Positions 18,483-28,312 of a stretch of 64,000 bases of DNA are shown piece after piece. Numbering within the stretch: the stretch's first letter is position 1; each line of letters starts with the position of its first letter. The notes beneath the pieces were generated by a model, which did not search any database, was not told the origin of the DNA, and saw only the letters and a list, made by a program, of their open reading frames with translations. The translations under genes were made by a program, and so were the position numbers. The DNA comes from Candidatus Ozemobacteraceae bacterium (GTDB lineage Bacteria > Muiribacteriota > Ozemobacteria > Ozemobacterales > Ozemobacteraceae): contig OZ223236.1 of NCBI GenBank assembly GCA_965140445.1, positions 128,001-192,000 on the forward strand, read 5' to 3'.

Positions 18483-20321
18483 TTAAGCCCCCAATTCAGA
18501 AACGGGATTCTGCTCCAACCACAGAGCAAGAACCAGCAAACTCCAGGTTTTATAGTCATTTCCGGCAGCGAATTTTGCAACTGCTTCAGGCTCGAGAATA
18601 GAATTAATTACAGCTGATTTGCTTTTCAAACAACGTTCAATAACCGGAGCCATTCCTGGCAATTTAAGCCATTCACCAACAGGCGCGCCAAAGCCTTGTT
18701 TACCATGACTTTGCACTTTTTTGGGCCAATTCCTTGAATATGCTTTGCGAAGAAGGTATTTAGTCTGCCCCTTTTTAAGCTTCAATGATGAGGGCAATTT
18801 CAGGCAAAACTCAGACAATTCCACATCAAGGAAAGGGGCACGAAGCTCTAAACTGTTGGCCATTGCAGCTCGATCGGTTTTAACAAGAATATTGCCCGGC
18901 ATATAGTTTCCGGAATCAAATCTCATTGCTTCGTTGAGAATATCGCTTCCAGTGATTTCTGGCATTACATCACTATCAACTTTTAATCCCAGACTCATAA
19001 GGTCTGAATCCGAGAAATAAACATTCAAATTAGAAATAAGCCTGGAAAAATCCGGGTATTTTCCTTTTAGTGAAATCCCCTGAGCTCTCAAAGAATAATC
19101 GAGGTTTTGATCAGCTCCCGCATAGCGCATTGCTTTCGCTACGACCTTCCAGAGAAAAGAGAGTTTTGAATCCAGCGCACTGGCCTTAACTGCTCCCTGC
19201 AAAATTCTATAGCGATTATAACCGCCCAGCAGCTCGTCTCCAGCGTCTCCACCCAGCACAACTTTTACGTGTTTTACCGCTTCTTTCGAAATTAGATAGG
19301 TGGGAATGTTTGAACTGTCAGCGAATGGCTCATCGTAAATCCCGGTCATCTGCTGCAGAAGCTCTGGAATATCGAAATCCCGGGCAAACAGCTCAGTATG
19401 TTCAGTCTGGTATTTGTCGGCAATGGCTCGGGCGAAAGGCAGCTCATTGATGCTATCGCCAAAACCAAAACTGAAGGTTTTCAGCTTCTTACCGGCCTTT
19501 GAGGCCGCAGCAACAATTGAGCTGGAATCCAGGCCGCCACTCAAAAAGATTCCAACCGGAACATCAGCCACAAGCTGCTTATCAACGGACTTTTCCAGAA
19601 GTCGTTCAAGTTCTGCGGCGGCTTCGTTTTCATCTATTTTCAGGTTTTCATGGGGGATTTCCCAGTAGCTGGAAACAGATAACTGACCATTCTTATACTC
19701 CATGCAATGGCCAGGCGGCAGAACCTTGATGTTGGAGTAAATTGTCGTATTCGGGTGCACATACAAATGGCGCAGATAATGATTCAAAGAACTATAACAA
19801 AGCTTTGGCTGAATCATCTTCGAAGCAAGAATTGTCTTAATTTCGCTGGCGAAAATCAGCTTCCCACATTCTGTCTGCGCATAATAAAAAGGCTTTTCTC
19901 CAAAACGATCGCGAGCACAAAACAGGCTCCGATTTTTTTCATCCCAGATTGCAAATGCAAACATCCCGGGAAGATGCTTCATCATGCTTGTTCCGTGGGC
20001 TTTATAGAGGTTTAATACAACCTCGGTGTCTGAACTGGTTCTAAATTGGTAATCCACTGCAAGGCGGTCCATTATGGCTTGATAGCCGTAAATCTCACCA
20101 TTGAAAGTTATGGCAAGATCCTCGTCTTCGCTCAGCATCGGCTGGTGGCCAGTAGACAAATCAATAATACTCAAGCGAACATGACCAAGAGCGCATTGCT
20201 CAAATAGCTTCACCCCGTTTCCATCGGGCCCTCTATGCCCCATGGAATCAACCATTCTTGAAATTGTCTGTTTGTCGTCAGAGTTAATGCCTTGTCCAAC
20301 GATCCCGGTTATGCCACACAT
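18483..20321 (-). CDS. asnB: Asparagine synthase (glutamine-hydrolyzing) family amidotransferase
   Basis: MCGITG N-terminal Cys, HRGPD, LSGGLDSS, DEPFADSS, ELRAPFLD. Confidence 0.95.
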   Translation of the reverse strand: MCGITGIVGQGINSDDKQTISRMVDSMGHRGPDGNGVKLFEQCALGHVRLSIIDLSTGHQPMLSEDEDLAITFNGEIYGYQAIMDRLAVDYQFRTSSDTEVVLNLYKAHGTSMMKHLPGMFAFAIWDEKNRSLFCARDRFGEKPFYYAQTECGKLIFASEIKTILASKMIQPKLCYSSLNHYLRHLYVHPNTTIYSNIKVLPPGHCMEYKNGQLSVSSYWEIPHENLKIDENEAAAELERLLEKSVDKQLVADVPVGIFLSGGLDSSSIVAAASKAGKKLKTFSFGFGDSINELPFARAIADKYQTEHTELFARDFDIPELLQQMTGIYDEPFADSSNIPTYLISKEAVKHVKVVLGGDAGDELLGGYNRYRILQGAVKASALDSKLSFLWKVVAKAMRYAGADQNLDYSLRAQGISLKGKYPDFSRLISNLNVYFSDSDLMSLGLKVDSDVMPEITGSDILNEAMRFDSGNYMPGNILVKTDRAAMANSLELRAPFLDVELSEFCLKLPSSLKLKKGQTKYLLRKAYSRNWPKKVQSHGKQGFGAPVGEWLKLPGMAPVIERCLKSKSAVINSILEPEAVAKFAAGNDYKTWSLLVLALWLEQNPVSELGA

Positions 20322-20404
20322 ATGCTTCTCCTGCAGAAGGTAAGCAATTATAGCATAAGAGGATCAGAAGAGTTGGAGAAAGGAAAGAATTTTGCTATTG
20401 ACAG

Positions 20405-20443
20405 AAAAAAACTCCCCCAGCGCTTCATTTCGGCGCCGGGGGA
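20405..20443 (-). terminator. Intrinsic terminator of the 20482-21084 gene
   Basis: Minus strand UCCCCCGGCGC-loop-GCGCUGGGGGA followed by a U run. Confidence 0.75.
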
Positions 20444-20481
20444 ATTCAGCTTATTCTTACAAAGTTTTAAATTTTGTTTTT

Positions 20482-21084
20482 TTAGAATGGTCCAGGAATC
20501 ATTGGAGCATCAAAATCTATGCCTTTAACAAGGGTGTTGTCATCAACAAGCTGGAAAAGCTGATTTTCTGGATCTGCCTGGAGAGAATAAAAAGTTACAG
20601 TTGCGTGTGTGTAACCAGGATTCTGCATTTTAAGTTTTGAAGCGATTTCTGGAGCTGTTTTGCCAACATTTGCTTCAAGAGCTTTGCGAATATTGGGGAA
20701 TTTTTTGGTATAGATTCCAACTTTTTCAGCTTTCTTTTCGCCATTGGCAATTTTACCGAAAACATATCTTACGGTAATGTTTTTTAAGAAGTCACCAGCA
20801 TAAGGAGCTTTGGTCAAAAAGCTTGAAATATTACTGGAATTGCCAGCAAAAATTACGAAAATCTTGTGTCTTTTAAAGATAAGGCCCTTTTCAACTTCAA
20901 TTGTCTGAAGCATTTCGCCATTTGGCCAACCTTTAACAAGCTGTTCAATATTAAAAACTTCTCTGCGAAGATCTTTTAATTTTCTTCCTTCAACTATTAC
21001 ATAACCATAAGTAGCAGCCTGAGCGGCCACAGTTACAGCTAGAAGCATCGCAACCATCAACAAACAAAATCTAAGTTTTTTCAT
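20482..21084 (-). CDS. Exported hypothetical protein
   Basis: GGAGG RBS, signal peptide AQA-AT. Confidence 0.75.
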   Translation of the reverse strand: MKKLRFCLLMVAMLLAVTVAAQAATYGYVIVEGRKLKDLRREVFNIEQLVKGWPNGEMLQTIEVEKGLIFKRHKIFVIFAGNSSNISSFLTKAPYAGDFLKNITVRYVFGKIANGEKKAEKVGIYTKKFPNIRKALEANVGKTAPEIASKLKMQNPGYTHATVTFYSLQADPENQLFQLVDDNTLVKGIDFDAPMIPGPF

Positions 21085-21266
21085 TTATTTAGTCCCTCCT
21101 GTCGAATATTTTTCTATTGTACAGACTTTCAGTTGATCGCGCAATATCCTGAACAAACTTCTGGTACAAATTCTATCTTTTCATTTCCGAAATATAGGCT
21201 GATTTTGAGAAGATTTTGCATTATAATCGTCACAGATAAAATATATAGAAATAGCAAGGCAAGGAA

Positions 21267-23042
21267 ATGCAAATAGACAAATCATTCAAACGCAGCACCA
21301 TAAAAATTAGGACCAGAACAGTTATTTCCATAACGATTTTTTTCCTTATAGCTCAACTCTTTTTTTCAGGTATTATACGGCTACATGCAGAGACTACTTC
21401 TGATGAAAAGGTTGGCTCTGAAACCATAGTCAATTTGCCCATCTTTTTGGCACCAATAGTCTGTGATTTCAGCGAAACAAGCTGTACGGTTAAAATCCCC
21501 GAAACCATAGCACAAGGTAATTCGCAAGAATTTCAATTAAGAATCAACTCAGCTCCGATTTTTTCAAAGTCCATGGATAGAGAATTCCATATCACCGATC
21601 TTGCTTCCGGGACAGAATATAAAATAGATTATCTAGTTTACGAAGACGGAAACCAGATAGGAGTGTCGTCCACAACAAAAGTCATTACGATTCCGGATGC
21701 CCCATCCTTTTTAGCTGGTGGTCAGGTTAACGACAATTCTGTAGATCTTTATTGGTCTGATACGTCTGGAGCATTTGGTTATCACATTTACCGGGACCAG
21801 AAAGAACTGATTTCCTCCCATCCGGCCTCTGAAACCTCTACAAATCTGACAAATCTTGTTCCCGGTGACACACTCAACTTACAAATTGTTGCCTTCAACG
21901 ATGCGGGAGTTTCTGTTTTTTCGGAATCCACAATTATCAAGGTTCCTGCAATTAATCTTGAAATAAGTGAAATAACTCAAACCTCTGCTACCCTCTCCTG
22001 GAGCAGCGTAAAAGACGCACTCTCATACGGGATTATTATTTCTGATAGCTTCAACAGTCGAGCCATGATAGGTCCATTGGACGTAAGAACAACATCTTAC
22101 GTTATAGCTTCTGGTACACCGGGAGAATTCTTTTCAGTCCAGATTGTTGCCAGCATGACAATTGACGATCTGGTTATTTCACGTGAGGTAAGATCACAAC
22201 TCATTCCAGAAACTCCCATTGAGCCATGGATAAGCAAAGTCGGGAATGAAAAATACCTGCTTAAATGGTTTCCAGTAATGGGAACAGACTATTATAAGGT
22301 TTTCATGAATGGGATAAACCCGATTTCTCAGATCCCTGCACCTTGCACCGAAGCCATAATAGAACTTCCCGCGAATTCTGACAGGGAAATTCAGTTATCT
22401 GTTATTGCGGCAAACAAATCCGGAGAATCTCCAAATTCTCCACCACTAAAGATTCGCCTGAATTATGATGAATTAATTGAGCTTGAGCAAAAGGAAAAAT
22501 CCATAATTGCAACAAGCTCAACTCCAATTAGTTTATTAGAAATTGGAGAAACTATTCCAAACTTTTCGTTATTAACCAGCACTGGAAGTGACTTTGATTT
22601 TTATCAAAACACAAGCAAGTGTCAGCTATTTATGTTCCTGGAGCCTGGAAACTCTGAAAATGAGAAATCAAAACGAGCTGCAGCAAAATCTCTGATTATT
22701 TCAGCCGGAATGGAAGGGCTTCCCATTATCCACATTAAATCTCAGCTTGAAGAGCCAATAATTGGCTCCAAAGAATATCCTTCAGGTTATTACTTTAACA
22801 GCCTTAACGATGCAGAAAATCTCGTTGCTGATAAAATTTTTAAAATACAACACCGTCCAACGATTGTTCTGGTGGACAAAAGCCGTAGAGTAGTCGCTAT
22901 AGACACCGTCAGCTCTCCAGAAAATATGATTCCAAGAATAATGGAAAAAGTTAGCAAACTGGGTTATTGCAACAACTTGGGATGCGTTGTCAGGTATAAG
23001 CTAATTACAAATTTCAAGAAACTGCACAAAGAAGAAAATTGA
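21267..23042 (+). CDS. Fibronectin type III repeat protein with C-terminal redoxin-like domain
   Basis: FN3 motifs (LYW...GYHIY...LTNLVPG...AFNDAG.S); C-terminal IGETIPNFSL...PTIVLVDK AhpC/TSA-like fold without CxxC. Confidence 0.75.
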   Translation: MQIDKSFKRSTIKIRTRTVISITIFFLIAQLFFSGIIRLHAETTSDEKVGSETIVNLPIFLAPIVCDFSETSCTVKIPETIAQGNSQEFQLRINSAPIFSKSMDREFHITDLASGTEYKIDYLVYEDGNQIGVSSTTKVITIPDAPSFLAGGQVNDNSVDLYWSDTSGAFGYHIYRDQKELISSHPASETSTNLTNLVPGDTLNLQIVAFNDAGVSVFSESTIIKVPAINLEISEITQTSATLSWSSVKDALSYGIIISDSFNSRAMIGPLDVRTTSYVIASGTPGEFFSVQIVASMTIDDLVISREVRSQLIPETPIEPWISKVGNEKYLLKWFPVMGTDYYKVFMNGINPISQIPAPCTEAIIELPANSDREIQLSVIAANKSGESPNSPPLKIRLNYDELIELEQKEKSIIATSSTPISLLEIGETIPNFSLLTSTGSDFDFYQNTSKCQLFMFLEPGNSENEKSKRAAAKSLIISAGMEGLPIIHIKSQLEEPIIGSKEYPSGYYFNSLNDAENLVADKIFKIQHRPTIVLVDKSRRVVAIDTVSSPENMIPRIMEKVSKLGYCNNLGCVVRYKLITNFKKLHKEEN

Positions 23043-23145
23043 AAACTTCTTCATTAAAATATCTATGTTCAGTACGCAACGAATTAAGTTTAGGCGCTTA
23101 GACTAAGGGTTATTGAAAAGTCTGTATTTATGGTATTATTAAGCC

Positions 23146-23682
23146 ATGAGTAACTTTGAAATACGAGATGCGAACATTGATGACTGTACAGCAATTGCAA
23201 AAGTGCATATTGACTCGTGGTTTTCCACATATTGTAGAATTCTTCCAATTGATTTTTTAAAGGAAAACAGCAACACACAAAAGTGGGAAGCTATATGGAA
23301 GAACGCTCTCGCACAAAAATCCAAAGAGAAAATAATAAAAGTAGCTGAGAGAGACGGTAGAATAAAGGGCTATATAAACTGTAGCAAGACTTTTACTGAA
23401 GAGTTAAAAAATGCTGCTGACTTTGAAATTCATGGCCTGTATCTTATAAAGTCTGCTCAAAGAGCAGGATTGGGAAAAGCTCTTTTTCAAGCTGCCGCAA
23501 AAGAGCTAGTTGATTTGAATGTTTCTTCGATTGGCTTGTGGGTTTTTAATGAAAACGATGCGGTGTCTTTCTACAAAAAGCTTGGGGGAGAAGAACTCCC
23601 AATAAAAGCACCAGTAAAAATACAATCCATTAATTTTCAGAGAAAGTTCTTCATTTGGAAAAATCTGCTAGAAATGCTGTAG
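23146..23682 (+). CDS. GNAT family N-acetyltransferase
   Basis: IRDA..DD...IAKVHIDSW; LYL...QRAGLGKAL; LWVFNENDAVSFYKKLG. Confidence 0.92.
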   Translation: MSNFEIRDANIDDCTAIAKVHIDSWFSTYCRILPIDFLKENSNTQKWEAIWKNALAQKSKEKIIKVAERDGRIKGYINCSKTFTEELKNAADFEIHGLYLIKSAQRAGLGKALFQAAAKELVDLNVSSIGLWVFNENDAVSFYKKLGGEELPIKAPVKIQSINFQRKFFIWKNLLEML

Positions 23683-23870
23683 GGTTCAAGCTGCTTCAGT
23701 AAATCTAATGATTTCACCAACAAAAATCTCATATTTAGTAAAGTCCTTTACAAATATGGTCTTAACTAAGAACGCATGATATAATTTAATCAGATAGAGA
23801 AATAAATACGGGGCATATTAATCTGAAGCAATTGTAGTTAAACTTAAAGCCCCTTTAAGGGGTTAGTTGC

Positions 23871-25607
23871 TTGTCAGATAAATCGGACAACCAGGAAAAT
23901 TTAAAATTTCGCCGGGACAAGGTTATAGGACTAGGCGAAAAGTCGGTGCGGAAAAACTATTATCCGCAGTTACAAAGCAGAATCCAGGATCTGGAACAGA
24001 CGAACAGGCTTTTAAATCAACAAATTGCAGAAAGAAAAACGATTGAAGCAGAGCTACGAATCAGTGAAGAGCGCTTTCGCAACTTAACCGAAAACACAAC
24101 AGACCTTGTCTGGGAGATAGACTCAGACTTTTGTTATTCCTATGTTAGTCCAAAAGTCCTTGAACTTTTGGGATACACCGCAAATGAAGTTGTTGGGCAA
24201 AGCTTCTTTAACCTTTTTAACATCGAAAATTCCGATTCAAGGGAGTCGGGCTATTTCAAAGATAGCTTTGAGCAATTCAAACCATTTTCAGGGTTTGAGC
24301 GTTCGCTGACTCATAAAGATGGAAGAATCATAACACTGGAAAGCAGCGCCATCCCAATTCTGGACTCAAACAACAGATTATCTGGCTACCGCGGAATTGA
24401 TAGAGATATAACCGAGAAAAAGAAAAATCTTGCTACCCGAAAGTCACTTGAAGATCAATTACAAAGATCTCAGAAACTTGAATCTCTCGGAACATTAGCT
24501 GGTGGAATTGCCCATGATTTCAACAATATTTTAACCCCAATTCTTGGATTTGCTGAACTGGCGCATCTACAGTTACCCGCAGACAGTAAACTAAAACCTG
24601 GAATAGAACAAATTGTCCTCGCAGCAGGAAGAGCAAAAGAGCTGGTAAAACAAATTTTAGATTTTTCCCGTCCTTCTCAGAGTGAATTTATTAACTTAAA
24701 CTTATCAAGCATTGTGAAAGAAGCCCTAAAGCTTCTTAGATCCACGCTGCCAGCCTCCATTAAGATTCATTTCGACATTCAATCAGATGCCGGTATCGTT
24801 CTCGCCGATCCAACCAAAATACATCAGGTGATAATGAATCTATGCACCAATGCTTATCACGCAATGAAAGAAAAAGGTGGAGAACTCGCGATTTCGCTGC
24901 GTTCTGTTGACATTGAAGCACATGATGCAAAGCTTATTGGAGTCGGCTTAATCGCAGGATCATACGTCAAAATAGAAGTATCGGATACTGGTCATGGCAT
25001 GAATCGACAAACTGTTGAAAGGATTTTTGATCCATATTTCACCACAAAAAAACCAGGAGAAGGTACTGGCTTAGGTCTGGCGGTAGTTCATGGAATTATA
25101 AAAAACCATCAAGGCTATATAAATTGCTATAGCGAAATTCATATTGGAACTTCTTTCCATATTTATCTTCCAAAATCGAATTCCGCTGGCGAACATATTC
25201 AAACCACGGAAAATATTTTTATTCCACGTGGTACAGAAAGCATTATGATCGTTGACGATGAAAAACAGATCTGCGACTTCATGATACAGTGCCTGTCAGA
25301 ATTGGGATATACAGCTACAGCTTTCCAAACCCCTCAAGAAGCTCTTGCTGCTTTTCAATCGGCTCCAGAAAGCTATGACATGGTAATTTCCGACATGACA
25401 ATGCCTTCATTAAATGGGCTTCAACTATCCAGATTTATCCTTGAAAGAAATCCCGATCTACCAATAATTATTTGTTCCGGATTTAGTGACCTGATAAATG
25501 ATGAAAAAGCCAAGGTTCTTGGAATAAAAAAATATTTAATGAAACCCATTAGAAGGAAAGATCTGGCGCAAACTGTCAGAAAATTTCTTGATGAAAAAAA
25601 AGTGTAA
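23871..25607 (+). CDS. Hybrid PAS sensor histidine kinase/response regulator (cytoplasmic)
   Basis: PAS/PAC, GGIAHDFNNIL H-box, NLCTNA, DTGHG, FTTK, GTGLGL, C-terminal REC (VDDE, DMTMP, KP). Confidence 0.95.
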   Translation: MSDKSDNQENLKFRRDKVIGLGEKSVRKNYYPQLQSRIQDLEQTNRLLNQQIAERKTIEAELRISEERFRNLTENTTDLVWEIDSDFCYSYVSPKVLELLGYTANEVVGQSFFNLFNIENSDSRESGYFKDSFEQFKPFSGFERSLTHKDGRIITLESSAIPILDSNNRLSGYRGIDRDITEKKKNLATRKSLEDQLQRSQKLESLGTLAGGIAHDFNNILTPILGFAELAHLQLPADSKLKPGIEQIVLAAGRAKELVKQILDFSRPSQSEFINLNLSSIVKEALKLLRSTLPASIKIHFDIQSDAGIVLADPTKIHQVIMNLCTNAYHAMKEKGGELAISLRSVDIEAHDAKLIGVGLIAGSYVKIEVSDTGHGMNRQTVERIFDPYFTTKKPGEGTGLGLAVVHGIIKNHQGYINCYSEIHIGTSFHIYLPKSNSAGEHIQTTENIFIPRGTESIMIVDDEKQICDFMIQCLSELGYTATAFQTPQEALAAFQSAPESYDMVISDMTMPSLNGLQLSRFILERNPDLPIIICSGFSDLINDEKAKVLGIKKYLMKPIRRKDLAQTVRKFLDEKKV

Positions 25608-25649
25608 TCCAAATCCCGGATTAGTTATTTGAAAGGTTAAATATTACAA

Positions 25650-26132
25650 ATGAAAAAGCTGGTTGTTTTTTATTCACTCGAAGGAAACACTAAACTTATC
25701 GCTAAAACAATAGCAGATGAGCTAGGCGCAGATTTGCTTGAGCTTATTCCTGAAAAGGACATTAGCCCAACAGGCTTCATGAGGTTTGTCTGGGGTGGAA
25801 AAGCAGCTTTAATGAAAGAGTCCCCGAAGCTAAAACCATTTGAGATTAATCCAGAGAATTATGACTACATTTTCCTCGGCACTCCCGTTTGGGCATTCAC
25901 TTATGCTCCGCCATTCAATACGTTTTTTAAGCAGTTCAAGCTGACTAATAAAAAAATAGCTCTGTTTTGCTGCCATGGTGGCGGAAAGGGAAAAGTCTTT
26001 ACGAACCTGAAGAAAGAGCTTTCCAATAATGAGATTACCGGCGAAATAGACTTCATAGATCCACTAAAAAATATTCCAGAAAACTGCCAGAAATCAGCCT
26101 TAAGCTGGGCTACCGAATTGATGAAAAAGTAA
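25650..26132 (+). CDS. Flavodoxin family protein
   Basis: FYSLEGNTK, GTPVWA, FCCHGG. Confidence 0.9.
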   Translation: MKKLVVFYSLEGNTKLIAKTIADELGADLLELIPEKDISPTGFMRFVWGGKAALMKESPKLKPFEINPENYDYIFLGTPVWAFTYAPPFNTFFKQFKLTNKKIALFCCHGGGKGKVFTNLKKELSNNEITGEIDFIDPLKNIPENCQKSALSWATELMKK

Positions 26133-26308
26133 GCTGTTGTAGTCTTTTAATTTTGTAATTTCTATGGCGGTCACTGCGAAGCTCATTAGTGATTGAAATT
26201 GTAAAAAACTGTTTTAAAAAATGTAATCCAAAGCATTTAAACATGAGACTTTGCAACTAAGTCAGTTTAGCAATCCCTTTTCAGATTTGCTTTTTAAAGC
26301 TTTTGTAT

Positions 26309-26338
26309 TTGACAGTTCAATTTTCAAAACCTTATACT
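26309..26338 (+). promoter_or_regulatory. Sigma70-type promoter
   Basis: TTGACA-N18-TATACT upstream of 26367. Confidence 0.7.
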
Positions 26339-26366
26339 GAGTCAAATTTTCAAGATTAAGGGTGAG

Positions 26367-27674
26367 TTGATGACCAAAATAGTAGCAATAAGGCGAGAAG
26401 ATAAGAACAAATGGGAAAAACGCGTACCATTGGTTCCTGAAGATATCGCTAAACTCAGCAAAGAAAACATTAAAATTTTAGCCCAGCCATCAGACATAAG
26501 AATCTATAAAGATTCAGATTATGAAGCTGTTGGAGTAGAGCTGGAAGAAAATATCAGCCATGCCGATCTTGTAATAGGCGTAAAGGAAATGCCAATAAAG
26601 CAATTCCGCAAAAATGGCGCTTACATGTTCTTTTCTCACACGATAAAAGGACAACCATATAATATGGATATGCTAAAAAAGCTCATGGAGCTGGAATGCA
26701 CCCTGATCGATTATGAATGCATAGTTGATAAGAATAATCGCAGACTAGTTTTTTTTGGGCGGCATGCGGGACTTGCAGGCATGATCGACACCTTCCATGC
26801 TCTTGGATTAAGGCTAAAATCAGAAGGCATCCCCAATGTGTTTGAGCAAATCCATATGGCATACGAATACAAGAATCTTGATCATGCCAAAGCTGAAATA
26901 ACTAAAGTTGCAAAGCAAATTAAGGAAAATGGCCTTCCAAAAGGTCTGGCTCCTTTAGTTGTGGGTTTCGCTGGCTATGGAAACGTTTCGATTGGTGCTC
27001 AGGAAATTTTTAACCTTTTTCCATATAGAGAGATTACTCCAGAACAGCTACTTTCTGGCGAAGGAAATCAAGAGTCTACAAACGAACTTATAAAAGTTGT
27101 TTTCCGCGAAGAACACACTGTTGAACCCAAGAACCCGGAAAAAACATACAATCAAGCGGAATATTTTTCTCATCCAGAGCTTTATAAGTCAAAGTTCACC
27201 CCCTTTCTTGAAAAAATCAGCGTTCTTGTTAATTGCATCTTCTGGACAAACAAGTCACCCAGGCTTCTCACTATTGAAAATGCAAAAAGCATTTATTCAA
27301 AGCCAGATCCAAAACTTAAAGTCATTGGAGATATTTCCTGCGATATAAAAGGAAGCATTGAATGCACTTATCTTGCCACTCAGCCAGATGAGCCTAATTT
27401 TGTTTTCGACATTGATAAAAATGATATCCAGATGGGTGTAATCGGCAAAGGACCAGTGATAATGGCTGTGGATAATCTTCCTTGTGAGATTTCGAAAGCT
27501 TCTTCGAATCACTTTTCGAAGGCTCTCACCCCATTCATGGCTGACCTGATGAAATTCGATCCAAAAGCCAACTTCAGTGATACAAATTTCCCTGAACCAA
27601 TCAAAGAAGCTGTTATTTTGTGGAACGGTGAGCTAACTCCAAAATTTAAATTTATGGAAGAGTTCTTGGACTAG
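26367..27674 (+). CDS. Lysine-ketoglutarate reductase / saccharopine dehydrogenase (AlaDh/PNT family)
   Basis: IRREDKNKWEKRVPL, GVKE, FFSHTIKGQPYNM, IDYE, GYGNVSIGA, IGDISCD, MAVDNLPCE. Confidence 0.88.
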   Translation: MMTKIVAIRREDKNKWEKRVPLVPEDIAKLSKENIKILAQPSDIRIYKDSDYEAVGVELEENISHADLVIGVKEMPIKQFRKNGAYMFFSHTIKGQPYNMDMLKKLMELECTLIDYECIVDKNNRRLVFFGRHAGLAGMIDTFHALGLRLKSEGIPNVFEQIHMAYEYKNLDHAKAEITKVAKQIKENGLPKGLAPLVVGFAGYGNVSIGAQEIFNLFPYREITPEQLLSGEGNQESTNELIKVVFREEHTVEPKNPEKTYNQAEYFSHPELYKSKFTPFLEKISVLVNCIFWTNKSPRLLTIENAKSIYSKPDPKLKVIGDISCDIKGSIECTYLATQPDEPNFVFDIDKNDIQMGVIGKGPVIMAVDNLPCEISKASSNHFSKALTPFMADLMKFDPKANFSDTNFPEPIKEAVILWNGELTPKFKFMEEFLD

Positions 27675-27761
27675 CCACATTAAAACATGCAGAAAAAGGC
27701 AGTAAATATTCTTGAAGTTGCCTTGCGTTCGAAACAGGATATACTTTAAGCAAAAGAAGTA

Positions 27762-28292
27762 TTGGAGAAAGTATCGGTGAAAGTCGCAAAATTCCTTCTC
27801 TTAGTTTTTATTCTGTCGTTAACGCCAGTCAAAGCCGAAATCTTTTATTCTGATGACCTCAATGGATTTGAGCTTGAACCATCTGTAATTGCCCAATTAG
27901 AGGAAAATCTGAAAAAAGAAGATGAAAGTGGTATGGCTACCATCTATATAAATGCTGCAGTGCCTGCCGATTCAGATTTTGATGGAGATAGTGACCTTCT
28001 GCTTTCTTATTCTCTACAGGGTATTGGCGGGGGCAACATGTCATTAATGTCGCTGGCCTATTTTGCCAGACAGAGCGGCAATCTAACCTTAAAAGCAGAA
28101 ATGGAAAATAGCTCCACGGGTACAGGAGTGGGCCGGATAATTGTCCCAACTGGTTTCAAAAACGGGTATTTTGAGTGTGAAACGTTGGAATTTTCAGATA
28201 ATGACGGAGCGGCGAATCCATCAATTAAAGGAAAAACAAGGTTAGTTTTTGATTCGGAACAACTTCGAGAGATTCCAGTCAACACAAAGTAA
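27762..28292 (+). CDS. Exported hypothetical protein
   Basis: Signal peptide VKA-E; DFDGDSD motif; TATACT -10 at 27740-27745. Confidence 0.65.
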   Translation: MEKVSVKVAKFLLLVFILSLTPVKAEIFYSDDLNGFELEPSVIAQLEENLKKEDESGMATIYINAAVPADSDFDGDSDLLLSYSLQGIGGGNMSLMSLAYFARQSGNLTLKAEMENSSTGTGVGRIIVPTGFKNGYFECETLEFSDNDGAANPSIKGKTRLVFDSEQLREIPVNTK

Positions 28293-28312
28293 GTTTTATA
28301 AAATTCAAACAA

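Noticed and set aside
26165..26280. GTCACTGCGAAGC resembling a small palindromic repeat family
   Set aside because: No matching partner arm or additional copies found
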